DNA of 17,213 nucleotides from positions 1-17,213 of the forward strand of contig BTVV01000130.1 in the NCBI GenBank assembly GCA_045863855.1, given 5' to 3'. Made by a program: the position numbers and the translations under genes. Numbering within the stretch: position 1 is the first letter of the stretch; each line of letters begins with the position of its first letter. Under the pieces are notes generated by a model that saw only the letters and a list, made by a program, of their open reading frames with translations, was not told where the DNA came from and ran no database searches. Origin of the DNA: Planctomycetota bacterium. Its GTDB lineage: Bacteria > Planctomycetota > SZUA-567 > H5-PLA8. This document shows, piece after piece, positions 6,390 through 14,984 of this stretch.

Positions 6390-8048
6390 TTAGGACCAGC
6401 CCTGGGCGATGGGCATCACGCGCCCGGTCCCAAAGGCCTTGCGCGTGACTCGTAACCCGGGCGGAAGTTGTTTGCGCTTATACTCGTTCCGGTCCACCTG
6501 GCGAACAATCTTCGCCACCAACGCCCGATCCAAACCCAGGCCGGCCACAATGGCATCGATTTCCTCGCAGCCTTCGATGTATCGCGCCAGAATCGCGTCG
6601 AGTACCTCGTACGGGGGAAGCGAATCGCTGTCCCGCTGCCCGGGCGCCAATTCGGCGGACGGCGCTTTCTCGATGGATCCGGCTGGAATCACCCTTTTGC
6701 CCGCACGTGCGTTGTACCAGCGCGCCAGCGCGTAGACTTTGGTCTTGTACACGTCGCTCAAGAGCGCCAGACCACCGCACGTATCCCCGTATAGCGTGCA
6801 GTACCCGACAGCCACTTCGGACTTATTGCCCGTGGTGAGCAGCAACCGTCCTTGCTTATTGCTGAATGCCATCAGTAGCGCGCCGCGAACGCGCGCTTGG
6901 AGGTTTTCCTCGGTCACATCAGGCGCACGCCCGACGAAATGCGGCGCCAGCGACTCCAGGTAGGCGCTGAACACGGGCTCGATCGGGATCGTCCGGAACT
7001 CGAGACCTAGATTCTCGGCCAAGGCCGCGGCATCCGACCTGCTCCCGTCGCTGCTGTAACGACTGGGCATCGCCAGACCCATTACGTTCTCTGGACCCAG
7101 CGCCTCCGCGGCCAAGACCGCCGTCAGCGCGCTGTCGATGCCACCCGAGAGGCCCAGTACCGCGCTGCGAAATCCGCACTTGCGGGCATAGTCGCGCAAT
7201 CCAAGCACCAGCGCATCGAAGAGTTCGCGCTCCTCGCCTCGCTCCTCCTTCAAAATCGGCGCTAAGGCGTCCAGAGCGACACAAGCGTTGGCAGACTCGA
7301 AGGCCGGCAACTCGGCGCACAAGCGCCCCTCGGCGTCGAAGACGAGACTTCGCCCGTCGTAGATCACGTCGTCGTTCCCGCCAGCCTGGTTCACATAGAT
7401 CAGCGGCACTCCATGCCGGCGCGCCGCATGAGCCAGCATGGCGCGGCGAACCTCGGGTTTGCCGAGCGCGAACGGAGACGCGCTCAAATTGACGATCGCA
7501 TCCACCCCTTGCGCGCAAAGGCGCTCTAGAGGGTCGTTCGAATAAAGCCGCTCGTGCCAAAAGAGTTTATCGTTCCAGATATCTTCGCAGATACAGACGC
7601 CCAGCCGTATACCGCGCAATACCATGGGCTCGACCGAATCGGCCGGACGGAAATGCCGATCCTCATCGAATACGTCGTAGCTGGGCAGGAGGCTCTTGGC
7701 TTGGCTACCGACGATCACTCCGTTCACCGCCAAGTGCGCCACATTCTGCAGGGCTTTGCCTTCTCCGCCCGAGGCCCGTGCCACCGCGCCAAAGAGCAGC
7801 GCCGGCCCCTGACGGGAAAGCTCGGCCCACCGCTGCGCCGCCGCTTCCACCGCGCTCACGAATGCGGGCTTGTCGAGCAAGTCCTTGGGCGGATAGCCCA
7901 CGACCGATAACTCTGGAAACACGGCCAAGTCGGCGCCGGCATCGGCCGCGGCGCGAATCGCAACCCGAGCCAGCGCCAGGTTGGCATCCAAATCGCCGAC
8001 GCGCGGATTGATTTGCACCAGGTGGATTCGAAGTCGGTTGGCAGCCAT
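6390..8048 (-). CDS. nadE: glutamine-dependent NAD+ synthetase
   Basis: Nitrilase-fold glutaminase triad (FPEL, KSLLPSYDVFDE, ICEDIW) plus synthetase domain (GLSGGIDS, ENLQARVRG, TGNKSE, GYCTLYGD, PSAELAPGQRDSDSLPPY, EYKRKQ). Confidence 0.97.
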   Translation of the reverse strand: MAANRLRIHLVQINPRVGDLDANLALARVAIRAAADAGADLAVFPELSVVGYPPKDLLDKPAFVSAVEAAAQRWAELSRQGPALLFGAVARASGGEGKALQNVAHLAVNGVIVGSQAKSLLPSYDVFDEDRHFRPADSVEPMVLRGIRLGVCICEDIWNDKLFWHERLYSNDPLERLCAQGVDAIVNLSASPFALGKPEVRRAMLAHAARRHGVPLIYVNQAGGNDDVIYDGRSLVFDAEGRLCAELPAFESANACVALDALAPILKEERGEERELFDALVLGLRDYARKCGFRSAVLGLSGGIDSALTAVLAAEALGPENVMGLAMPSRYSSDGSRSDAAALAENLGLEFRTIPIEPVFSAYLESLAPHFVGRAPDVTEENLQARVRGALLMAFSNKQGRLLLTTGNKSEVAVGYCTLYGDTCGGLALLSDVYKTKVYALARWYNARAGKRVIPAGSIEKAPSAELAPGQRDSDSLPPYEVLDAILARYIEGCEEIDAIVAGLGLDRALVAKIVRQVDRNEYKRKQLPPGLRVTRKAFGTGRVMPIAQGWS

Positions 8049-8063
8049 GGCGGTATCCCCCTG

Positions 8064-8088
8064 TATTAGTGTCTAATATACACTATTA
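8064..8088. promoter_or_regulatory. putative NrtR operator 1: TAGTGT-ctaatat-ACACTA (core 8067-8085)
   Basis: Perfect 6-bp inverted repeat with N7 spacer, extendable by TA/TA at 8064-8065 and 8087-8088. The core lies 18 nt upstream of the nadE ATG, in an operon that encodes NrtR itself. Confidence 0.85.
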
Positions 8089-8090
8089 TA
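8085..8090 (-). promoter_or_regulatory. consensus -10 box TATAAT of the nadE-nrtR-pncB promoter
   Basis: Perfect TATAAT on the minus strand overlapping the operator edge. The best -35 candidate, TTGCCC (8115-8110), is 19 nt away, so the -35 is uncertain. Confidence 0.65.
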
Positions 8091-8201
8091 ACGAAACCGC
8101 AACCCAATTGGGCAAAGGATACTAAACGCACTGGTGAAAGCGTGACGCATTCGAATAATGCACCCATTGAACGAGTGCGCAGGCGCCCGGAATCCAGTCG
8201 C

Positions 8202-11006
8202 ATGTATCGATCGAGTTTCAAGCTGTTTGCCGTAGGCGAAAGCCAGGATCGATCCCCGCAAAGCGCAAGCGCGTTCGCCGTATGGATGCTGATACTCGTG
8301 GCTGCTCTGGCGCCTGTGGCCGGCGGTTGCCAATTTCGATGGGGCTGGGGCCTCCTGGTTGCCGCATCAGGCGTCCTGCTATTGTGCGGACTGAAGCTCC
8401 GCCAGTCACGCGACGAGCGTCCGGTCCCGCTGGAATTCGTCTTCGTGGCCTTGGCCGGCCTGCATCTGATTCAAATGCTGCCGCTACCCCGCGGGCTGGC
8501 GGACCTCCTGGCGCCCGTTACCGCACAAGTCGCACCCTCGATTTCAGGCCCTGAAGCTTGGCGACCGCTCACCGCGCAACTTGAAGCCACTCGCGACAAC
8601 CTGCTGATCCTACTTGGCTGCTGGGTCGCCTACCGTTCGGGTTGGACATGGTTGCGCAAAGCCGCAGCCCTGCGCACGCTGGGCTTGGCCTTACTGGTTC
8701 TCTCCGCGTGCTTATCGATCTACGGGTTGTCTATATTAGGCTCGGAAGCGAAGGTTAAGTTTCTTGGCGTGCCGCTTTACGCCAGTTCGCGCGTTTCAGC
8801 CACTTACACCAATCCCAATCGCTTCGCGGGCTTTCTGGAGTTGGTTCTACCCCTCGGATTCTCCGGGGTGCTGGGTTACGCGCTGAGCGCCGTGCCGCTG
8901 CGCAAACGCGGCTGGGAAGCCCTGCGCGAAGGACTGCGCGGGGGGCGCAGTATAGTCGTCACATTGCTTGCGGGGCTCTTCCTGATCGGCCTAGCCGCTC
9001 TCTTCCTGACCTACTCCCGCATGGGCATCGCCTCCTTTTTCGCCGGAGCCGCCGCCGCTGGAATCCTCGTCTACCGAAAGCGCTGGGGCCTTGTTCCATT
9101 CCTGATGCTTGCCGTCGTCGCCGCGGTGTTTGTCCTCGTGGGGCTCGCGGCCGGGCTGGAGCCGGTTCTTGAACGATTTACGCAGACCGATGACCCCGAG
9201 ACCACGATCAGCCGCTCACAGATCTGGGCCGCTACCACTAAGCTCATCGCCGAGCATCCCCTGATGGGCGGCGGTTCGGGTGCATTCCGCGCGCTCTTTC
9301 CCGTCTACCAGAGCCCCGGCATGCACGGCTTCGTGAAGTTCGCCCACAACGATTATCTCAACGCCTTAGCCGACTTGGGCCTGATTGGCGGCGCGATTTT
9401 ACTAACCGCCGCGATCGGAGCGTGGCGTCGTGTGCGCAGCGGTTTGCTCCAGGCTACGACTTCGATTCGGCTGGCTTTCTTCGGTGTCGCCTGGGCCGTC
9501 GCTTCGATCTTGTTCCATTCGTTCACAGACTCCAATCTTCAGGAACCCGCAAACGCATGGATCTTCTGCCTGCTGTTAGGCGCGGGATTGGGCTTGCTGG
9601 AAGCCGAAGCCGTGCCGCGCGAATCCAGCGTCGCGCCCGAACTCTCCCGCAAGCAGATCCGTACGAAATGGTTGGTTCGCGCTGCCTTGGGCGCATTCCT
9701 GATCGTTGCCGGTGGACTGATTCTGCGCGCCGAAATTCTGTGGACGCCCGCGCTGCGCCAAGGCTGGTCCGCGCACGTCGCCAAGCACGACACTTCGGCA
9801 GACCGACTGGCCCGCCGCATCGAAGCACTGGATCCTAGCTGGAGCGCCTTCCGGGAACGCCATGCACAGGGACTGCTGCGGCTCGCCGAAAGCCAGACCG
9901 GAGAGGACCGAGCCGCCGCCCTGAATCGAGCCCAGGCCGAGTTGCACGCGCTTCTGCGCATCGTTCCGCTGTATCCCGAAGCGTGGTATCTCGCCGCGCG
10001 TCTGGCGCTGCTGCGCGGGAACGATATGGCTACGGCCGAACGCTGCATGGCGCACGCTCAGTTTGCCGCACCGCATCGCTACGAGGTGGCCTACTTGCGC
10101 GCCCAGATTGCACTCCAATGGTGGATCGTCTCAGGCCGGCCCGGGGTAATCGTGCCTGACGATATTCTTTCCCTTCTTGAGCAAGCGCTTCAGGCCGATG
10201 CGACCAGACTCAAAGAAGCGTGGGGCTTGCTCGTACGCGCCGCGCCTTGGGAGACGCGCTGGGCGCGCATCGTTCCCGCGCAGCCCGCCACGCTCGCCAC
10301 GTACGCGTTGCTGTTGGCGGCCGAGGGCTACCGCGAGGAAGCCGCAGCGCCCATGGCCGATGCACTTCGCCTTGCCGACGCCACACCGGAATCTGCGCGC
10401 GACCGGCGCTGGAAGGCTGCGCGCGCCCGCATCGCACGCGACGCCGCGTTGCTCGACTTCGCGCTGGGGCGCGAGGCGGAAGCGCTGGACCGGTTTTCCG
10501 AAGGTCTCCGCGCCGTCTCGGTCAGCGAGCGCTGGAATCATGCCAGCGAACTCTGGCGCCGCCTGCGCGCATTGGGCGCCGCCGACGGCGGCCAGGGATT
10601 CGCTCAGGCGCTGGCGCAACACTTTTCGGACGAAGCGTGGGCGCACGAACTGCTGGGCCGAGCATTTGCGGCCGAACGCCGCGGCATCGACGCCGCGCAG
10701 TCCCTGCAGCGTGCGGTGGAACTGCAGCCCACACCGGCGCGCTTCGCCCAACTGGCCGGCGCCTTGAACATGCAGGGCTTGCCCGATACCGCCTTGGTGG
10801 CCATGCAGCGCGCTTGCGATCTGGAGCCGGGCAACGCGCCTTACCGCTTGGCGCTGGCGGACCTGCTTTCGCGACGCGGCTACCACGACCGTGCGATCCA
10901 GGAACTGCTTGCGGCCGAACGCCTCGACTCGAGCATCGCTCAAGAGATCGAGACGCTGCGGAAGGAAATTTCAGTTAGGCGAGCGGCACTGCAGCAACGG
11001 CCCTGA
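8202..11006 (+). CDS. O-antigen ligase (Wzy_C/WaaL/O-OTase) family membrane protein with long C-terminal TPR-like region
   Basis: Many hydrophobic helices. Motifs TYTNPNRFAG, LTYSRMG, SRSQIW, HPLMGGGSGAF, FAHNDYLNALADLGLIG. The C-terminal Ala/Leu helical repeats (e.g. RACDLEPGNAPYRLALADLL) are TPR-like. Start uncertain (8142, 8202 or about 8286). Confidence 0.85.
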   Translation: MYRSSFKLFAVGESQDRSPQSASAFAVWMLILVAALAPVAGGCQFRWGWGLLVAASGVLLLCGLKLRQSRDERPVPLEFVFVALAGLHLIQMLPLPRGLADLLAPVTAQVAPSISGPEAWRPLTAQLEATRDNLLILLGCWVAYRSGWTWLRKAAALRTLGLALLVLSACLSIYGLSILGSEAKVKFLGVPLYASSRVSATYTNPNRFAGFLELVLPLGFSGVLGYALSAVPLRKRGWEALREGLRGGRSIVVTLLAGLFLIGLAALFLTYSRMGIASFFAGAAAAGILVYRKRWGLVPFLMLAVVAAVFVLVGLAAGLEPVLERFTQTDDPETTISRSQIWAATTKLIAEHPLMGGGSGAFRALFPVYQSPGMHGFVKFAHNDYLNALADLGLIGGAILLTAAIGAWRRVRSGLLQATTSIRLAFFGVAWAVASILFHSFTDSNLQEPANAWIFCLLLGAGLGLLEAEAVPRESSVAPELSRKQIRTKWLVRAALGAFLIVAGGLILRAEILWTPALRQGWSAHVAKHDTSADRLARRIEALDPSWSAFRERHAQGLLRLAESQTGEDRAAALNRAQAELHALLRIVPLYPEAWYLAARLALLRGNDMATAERCMAHAQFAAPHRYEVAYLRAQIALQWWIVSGRPGVIVPDDILSLLEQALQADATRLKEAWGLLVRAAPWETRWARIVPAQPATLATYALLLAAEGYREEAAAPMADALRLADATPESARDRRWKAARARIARDAALLDFALGREAEALDRFSEGLRAVSVSERWNHASELWRRLRALGAADGGQGFAQALAQHFSDEAWAHELLGRAFAAERRGIDAAQSLQRAVELQPTPARFAQLAGALNMQGLPDTALVAMQRACDLEPGNAPYRLALADLLSRRGYHDRAIQELLAAERLDSSIAQEIETLRKEISVRRAALQQRP

Positions 11007-11020
11007 ATCGACGCGCGCGG

Positions 11021-12331
11021 CTATTCTTCGTGCAGAACCCGCTTTCGTCTTAAAATATGGTGGTAGTGCTGCGCAAACCGATGCGCTTCGTCCCGCACGT
11101 ATTGGAGCATCCGCAAAGCGGCATTGCGCCGGGGCAGGCGGATACCTTCCGGGTGCTCCAGCGTGTGAATAATCTCTTCCTGCTTCGCCAGACTTGCCAA
11201 GGCCGGAGCTTCCACGCCCGCGGCACGTAACGCATCGCGCGCCGCATGCAATTGGCCTATGCCGCCGTCGATCAGAATGAGGTCCGGCAACTGCCCGCCT
11301 TCGCGCAACAATCGCCCATACCGGCGCCTCACCACTTCGCCGATCGAGGCGAAATCGTCAACCCCCACAACGCTCTTGATGCGGTAACGCCTGTACCGTT
11401 CGCGGCTGGGTAACCCGTCCACGAAGCTGACGAGCGAGCCCACCGTCTCGGTCCCATGCAAGTGCGCGATATCGATCCCTTCCACGTGGCGCGGCGAGAC
11501 GGACAGCCTCAACGCCTGCTTCAAGTCCTCCACGCCTTCCTGCGGATCGAGGTGCAGCACGCCCGGTTCCAGGCCGTCATCCAAAGAACCGCGTTCGGCC
11601 AGACTCTCCAGCGCCTTCAGCGAATCGCGCAGCGCGGCGGCTTCTTCGAACCGCCGCTCCGTGCTCTTTTGCCACATCTCGCGTTCCAGATCCTTGCGCA
11701 CGTCCTTGGCTTCACCGGCCAGGAATCGCGACAGCCGGCGCATGTCGGCGCGGTAGTCGGCCGCGCTTTGGCGCGCCGCGCACGGAGCCTTGCAGCGCCC
11801 GATGTAATGCTCCAGGCATGGACGGTAAAAGCGGTTCTTAGGATCGTCTTCGCGAATATCCAGCGAGCAGGTACGGTACCTGAACACGCGCTGCATGATC
11901 TGCAAAGCCGTGCGCAGCCACGTTACGCTCACAAACGGACCGTAGTACGTACTCTTGGGATTGCTCCGGTCCCGCGTCACCAGCACACGCGGAAACTCTT
12001 CGCCCCAGGTGATCTCAACCACGGGGAAATTCATGTCGCTTTTGTTGAAGAAATTGAACGGCGGCTGGAAATCCTTGATCAGCCGGTTTTCTACCAGGTA
12101 AGCCTCGACTTCGCTGTCGCAGGCGATGAACTCTATTTTACGGATACGTGCGACCAGATCCTGCGTTTTGCGGTCGATCCGCTTGGGATCGAAATACTGC
12201 CGCACGCGCTTCTTCAGATCCTTCGCCTTGCCGACGTATAGCTCGCGGTCCGATTCGTCTTTGAACACGTACACGCCGGGCTCGTGCGGCAGCGCGTCGA
12301 AGTGCGGCAGGAGGAATTCCGGAACGCTCAT
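11021..12331 (-). CDS. uvrC: excinuclease ABC subunit C, short form without the C-terminal HhH2 domain
   Basis: GIY-YIG (PGVYVF...LYVGKAKDLKKRVRQYF), Cys cluster (RTC...RPCLEHYIGRCKAPC), UVR coil (FEEAAALRD), and RNase H-like domain (EGIDIAH, DDFASI, PDLILIDGGIGQL, RDEAHRFA). Confidence 0.95.
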   Translation of the reverse strand: MSVPEFLLPHFDALPHEPGVYVFKDESDRELYVGKAKDLKKRVRQYFDPKRIDRKTQDLVARIRKIEFIACDSEVEAYLVENRLIKDFQPPFNFFNKSDMNFPVVEITWGEEFPRVLVTRDRSNPKSTYYGPFVSVTWLRTALQIMQRVFRYRTCSLDIREDDPKNRFYRPCLEHYIGRCKAPCAARQSAADYRADMRRLSRFLAGEAKDVRKDLEREMWQKSTERRFEEAAALRDSLKALESLAERGSLDDGLEPGVLHLDPQEGVEDLKQALRLSVSPRHVEGIDIAHLHGTETVGSLVSFVDGLPSRERYRRYRIKSVVGVDDFASIGEVVRRRYGRLLREGGQLPDLILIDGGIGQLHAARDALRAAGVEAPALASLAKQEEIIHTLEHPEGIRLPRRNAALRMLQYVRDEAHRFAQHYHHILRRKRVLHEE

Positions 12332-12347
12332 GGCCGCCCGGCTTTAT

Positions 12348-13598
12348 TCAGGAGTCGAAATCCAGCGGCTCCAGTTCGTCGCTGGGTGGGAGTTGCTTCA
12401 TATCAGCCGGCGGCGCGGCCGGCGCAACCGGAGCTGCGCCCACCGCGAGGTTACCGCTGGACGAGGCGCCTCCGCCGGTCTGAAGCTTCACAGGCGCCAT
12501 CAGCTTATCGATCGCGCCCGCCACGTGGTCGGCGCCCGCATAGCGTTCGGCCGGATCCTTGGCCAACAGCTTCATGATCATGCCGCGCGCATACTTGGAC
12601 AGATTCGGCGCGAACTGGCCGGGATCGGGAATCGGCTCGGAAATATGCATCTGCTTTACTTCATCAGGGGCGCCTTCGTACGGCGGATGCCCGCAGACCA
12701 AATGGAAGAACGTCGCACCCAAGCTGTACAAATCGGCCGCCGGGCTGCCTTCGTCCTTGCCCGACAGCACTTCCGGCGCCAGGTAAAACGGATTCGCGAT
12801 CACCAGGCCCGATTCCGCCAGTTCGTGATCTTCCGTGTAGAACTTGGATAATCCCAGACCGTATAGCCGCACCCGGCCGGCTTGATCGATCACCGCCATG
12901 GACGGCTGCACATCACGGTACACCAGCCCGACCACGTGCGCGTGATACAGCGCAAACGCCAGTCCGCGGGCGTAGCCCAGCGCTTCGCGCTCGCGCAATG
13001 CGCCTTGCTCAGTGACTCGATTGATGAGCGGTTCGCCTTCGACGTAATCGAGCACCACGATTTTGCGGCCTTCGACTTCGTCCGCGGCGAACATGGCGAC
13101 CATGTTGGGATGGCTGAGTCTGCTGGCGACGCGAGACTCGAATTTGACCTTATCCCACCAGCCCGAATCGCTTCCGAGAATGGGGGGAATCACCTTAATG
13201 GATACGTCCTTATTGCGGCCCTTGTCGTAAGCGCGATACAGCGTGCCCAGCGGGCCAAAGATGCGCTGCTCGACTTCCAGCGCGCCCAATTGGCACGGCA
13301 CCACCAACTCCTGGTTCGAACCCGTTCCCCCGTCCGGCCGCGCCGCGTTGCGGCGCTTGCGCAATTCTTCCAGGACCAGATCGCACTCGACTTTGGCCAG
13401 GAAATTAAGCTCCACCGCGATCTCATCGAGGCGCTTAGGAAAGCCAAGCTCCTTGTCGGCTTTCTGCTTGGCGAGCAACTCCGCCACCTGCTCGTTCGTA
13501 AGCAACTTCATCGCCACCGCCACGTCGCCAAAGCGGGCCGGACCAACCGGGCCGTCCGGCGCGTCATCCGCGGGCGCATCCGTGAAGACCTCTTCCAT
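12348..13598 (-). CDS. Ser/Thr pseudokinase with degenerate N-terminal MshEN-like domain (416 aa)
   Basis: Kinase fold (VSIK, LSHPN, YLAPE, DLYSLGATFF, KLLAKDPAERY) but no Gly loop, YRDVQPS for HRDxKPxN, and GLG for DFG. Start moved to ATG 13598 (AGAGAGG upstream), which avoids a 73-nt overlap with the upstream gene. Confidence 0.85.
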   Translation of the reverse strand: MEEVFTDAPADDAPDGPVGPARFGDVAVAMKLLTNEQVAELLAKQKADKELGFPKRLDEIAVELNFLAKVECDLVLEELRKRRNAARPDGGTGSNQELVVPCQLGALEVEQRIFGPLGTLYRAYDKGRNKDVSIKVIPPILGSDSGWWDKVKFESRVASRLSHPNMVAMFAADEVEGRKIVVLDYVEGEPLINRVTEQGALREREALGYARGLAFALYHAHVVGLVYRDVQPSMAVIDQAGRVRLYGLGLSKFYTEDHELAESGLVIANPFYLAPEVLSGKDEGSPAADLYSLGATFFHLVCGHPPYEGAPDEVKQMHISEPIPDPGQFAPNLSKYARGMIMKLLAKDPAERYAGADHVAGAIDKLMAPVKLQTGGGASSSGNLAVGAAPVAPAAPPADMKQLPPSDELEPLDFDS

Positions 13599-13660
13599 AG
13601 CGCCAAACCTCTCTGCAGGTTGTACGATCGCGCCCGCTAGAACGCCGGTCACGATGCAGC

Positions 13661-13689
13661 AGTCTAGTTCATAACGCTTCACCTGGCAA
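13661..13689 (-). promoter_or_regulatory. putative internal sigma70 promoter: -35 TTGCCA (13689-13684), 17 nt, -10 TAGACT (13666-13661)
   Basis: 5/6 and 4/6 consensus matches at optimal spacing, in the only sizeable intergenic gap (116 nt) of the kinase cluster. Confidence 0.6.
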
Positions 13690-13714
13690 CGTATTGGACT
13701 TGCCTGGCGATCCT

Positions 13715-14974
13715 TTACAAAAGCCTCGGCAGCGCCCAAGCGCCGGCCGACGCCAGGACACCTAATCCGCCCAACAACACCAGACACCCGCCGCCCGACT
13801 TCGCCCGCGCCTTCCCCGCCCCGCGCTTGCGCCTGCGCTGGGGCGGTTGGATGGAAGATAGCTCCTCCGCGGCCAGCGAAGCGTGCGCCAGCGGCTTACC
13901 GGCCAGCAAAGCGTTCAGGTCGGCCGTCAGTTGCGCGCAATCCGCATAGCGCTGGGACGGATCCTTCGCCATCATCCGGGCAATTACCGCGCAGACCCCG
14001 TCGGATAATTCCGGCACCAGGTCCTGCGGGCTCTCCAATTCTTCGTGCAAGTGCTTGTGCATCACCTCCGCGTTGTTCTTTCCCTTGAAGGGCACGCGGC
14101 CGGTAAGCAGCACGTAAAAGGTTGCACCCAGCGAATAAATGTCGCTGCGGTGATCGACCTGTTTATCGCCCCGTGCCTGCTCGGGCGAAATATAGTTCGG
14201 CGTGCCCAACGCCACGCCGGTCTTGGTCAGACGCTGATCGTCCTCCAGCGACTTGGCCAGCCCCAGATCGGTAAGCTTGACCACGCCTTCGCCCAGCAGC
14301 ACGTTGTCCGGCTTTACGTCACGGTGCACGAACCCATGCTGGTGTGCGTGTCCCAAGGCGTCGGCCACCGCGCGCACGATCTCGATGGCCTTCGATTCGG
14401 GAAGCTTGCCCAAACTCTGCAGCGCACCGATCAGGCTCTGCCCTTCCACGAACTCCATGGCCAGGTAAAAAACGCCTTCCGCTTCCCCGGCCGCGTACGC
14501 GCTGACGATATGCGGGTGGTTTAATTGCCCCGTGGCCCGCACCTCGCGCTTGAAGCGTTCGACGAAAAGCTTGTTGCTGGTGAACTCCGGCTTGATGACC
14601 TTCAGCGCAACGATCCGGTCCATCTGCGTGTCGCGCGCCTTGTACACGGCCCCCATACCGCCTTCGCCAAGCTTCTGGAGCAGTTCGAAAGGGCCGACCT
14701 TGCGGCGCGTCATCAGCGTCTGGCGCGTTTGGCTGCCTTTTCGCTTGCGCTGCTGGTCCAGGAGAATCTTCTGCATCGTGCGCAGATCCAGCGCGCCTTG
14801 GTCGTGCAGGATTTCGCCCAGCGGTTTGGATTGGCCTTGCGCCTTGAGCGCCGCTTGACGCCGCAGGCCTTCGCGGACTTGTTCGGCGCTTAACGCACCC
14901 GACGCCACGGCCAGTTCGCCAAAGCGGTCGCCGTCCTTGCGCACCTCGAAGTTGGCCAGCTGCGACGAAGTCAT
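13715..14974 (-). CDS. Hanks-type Ser/Thr protein kinase with N-terminal MshEN-like domain and C-terminal membrane tail
   Basis: LGEGGMGAVY, VALK, FKRE, HRDVKPDN, DLG, GTPNYISPE, DIYSLG. N-terminal RFGELAVASGAL...RRQ / PLGEILHDQGAL...LDQ. Hydrophobic C-terminus. Confidence 0.95.
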   Translation of the reverse strand: MTSSQLANFEVRKDGDRFGELAVASGALSAEQVREGLRRQAALKAQGQSKPLGEILHDQGALDLRTMQKILLDQQRKRKGSQTRQTLMTRRKVGPFELLQKLGEGGMGAVYKARDTQMDRIVALKVIKPEFTSNKLFVERFKREVRATGQLNHPHIVSAYAAGEAEGVFYLAMEFVEGQSLIGALQSLGKLPESKAIEIVRAVADALGHAHQHGFVHRDVKPDNVLLGEGVVKLTDLGLAKSLEDDQRLTKTGVALGTPNYISPEQARGDKQVDHRSDIYSLGATFYVLLTGRVPFKGKNNAEVMHKHLHEELESPQDLVPELSDGVCAVIARMMAKDPSQRYADCAQLTADLNALLAGKPLAHASLAAEELSSIQPPQRRRKRGAGKARAKSGGGCLVLLGGLGVLASAGAWALPRLL

Positions 14975-14984
14975 GGGAGCGTTC

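Noticed and set aside
4538..6448. 636-aa plus-strand ORF spanning pncB and nrtR, plus similar antisense ORFs over the hydrolase, uvrC and kinases
   Set aside because: Shadow ORFs of high-GC genes. They have no motifs and overlap well-supported genes on the other strand.
8103..8112. Palindrome CCCAATTGGG in the nadE/ligase divergent intergenic region
   Set aside because: A single 10-bp occurrence with no second copy noticed and no assignable regulator.
13599..13714. Possible LexA/SOS box upstream of pseudokinase-uvrC (GTTC at 13667)
   Set aside because: Does not complete any known LexA motif I can recall (CTGT-N8-ACAG, GAAC-N4-GTTC, GTTC-N7-GTTC).
13599..13787. N-terminal extension of the pseudokinase ORF in the track
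   Set aside because: It overlaps the upstream kinase by 73 nt and covers a good promoter candidate. ATG 13598 gives an N-terminus comparable to the paralogues.
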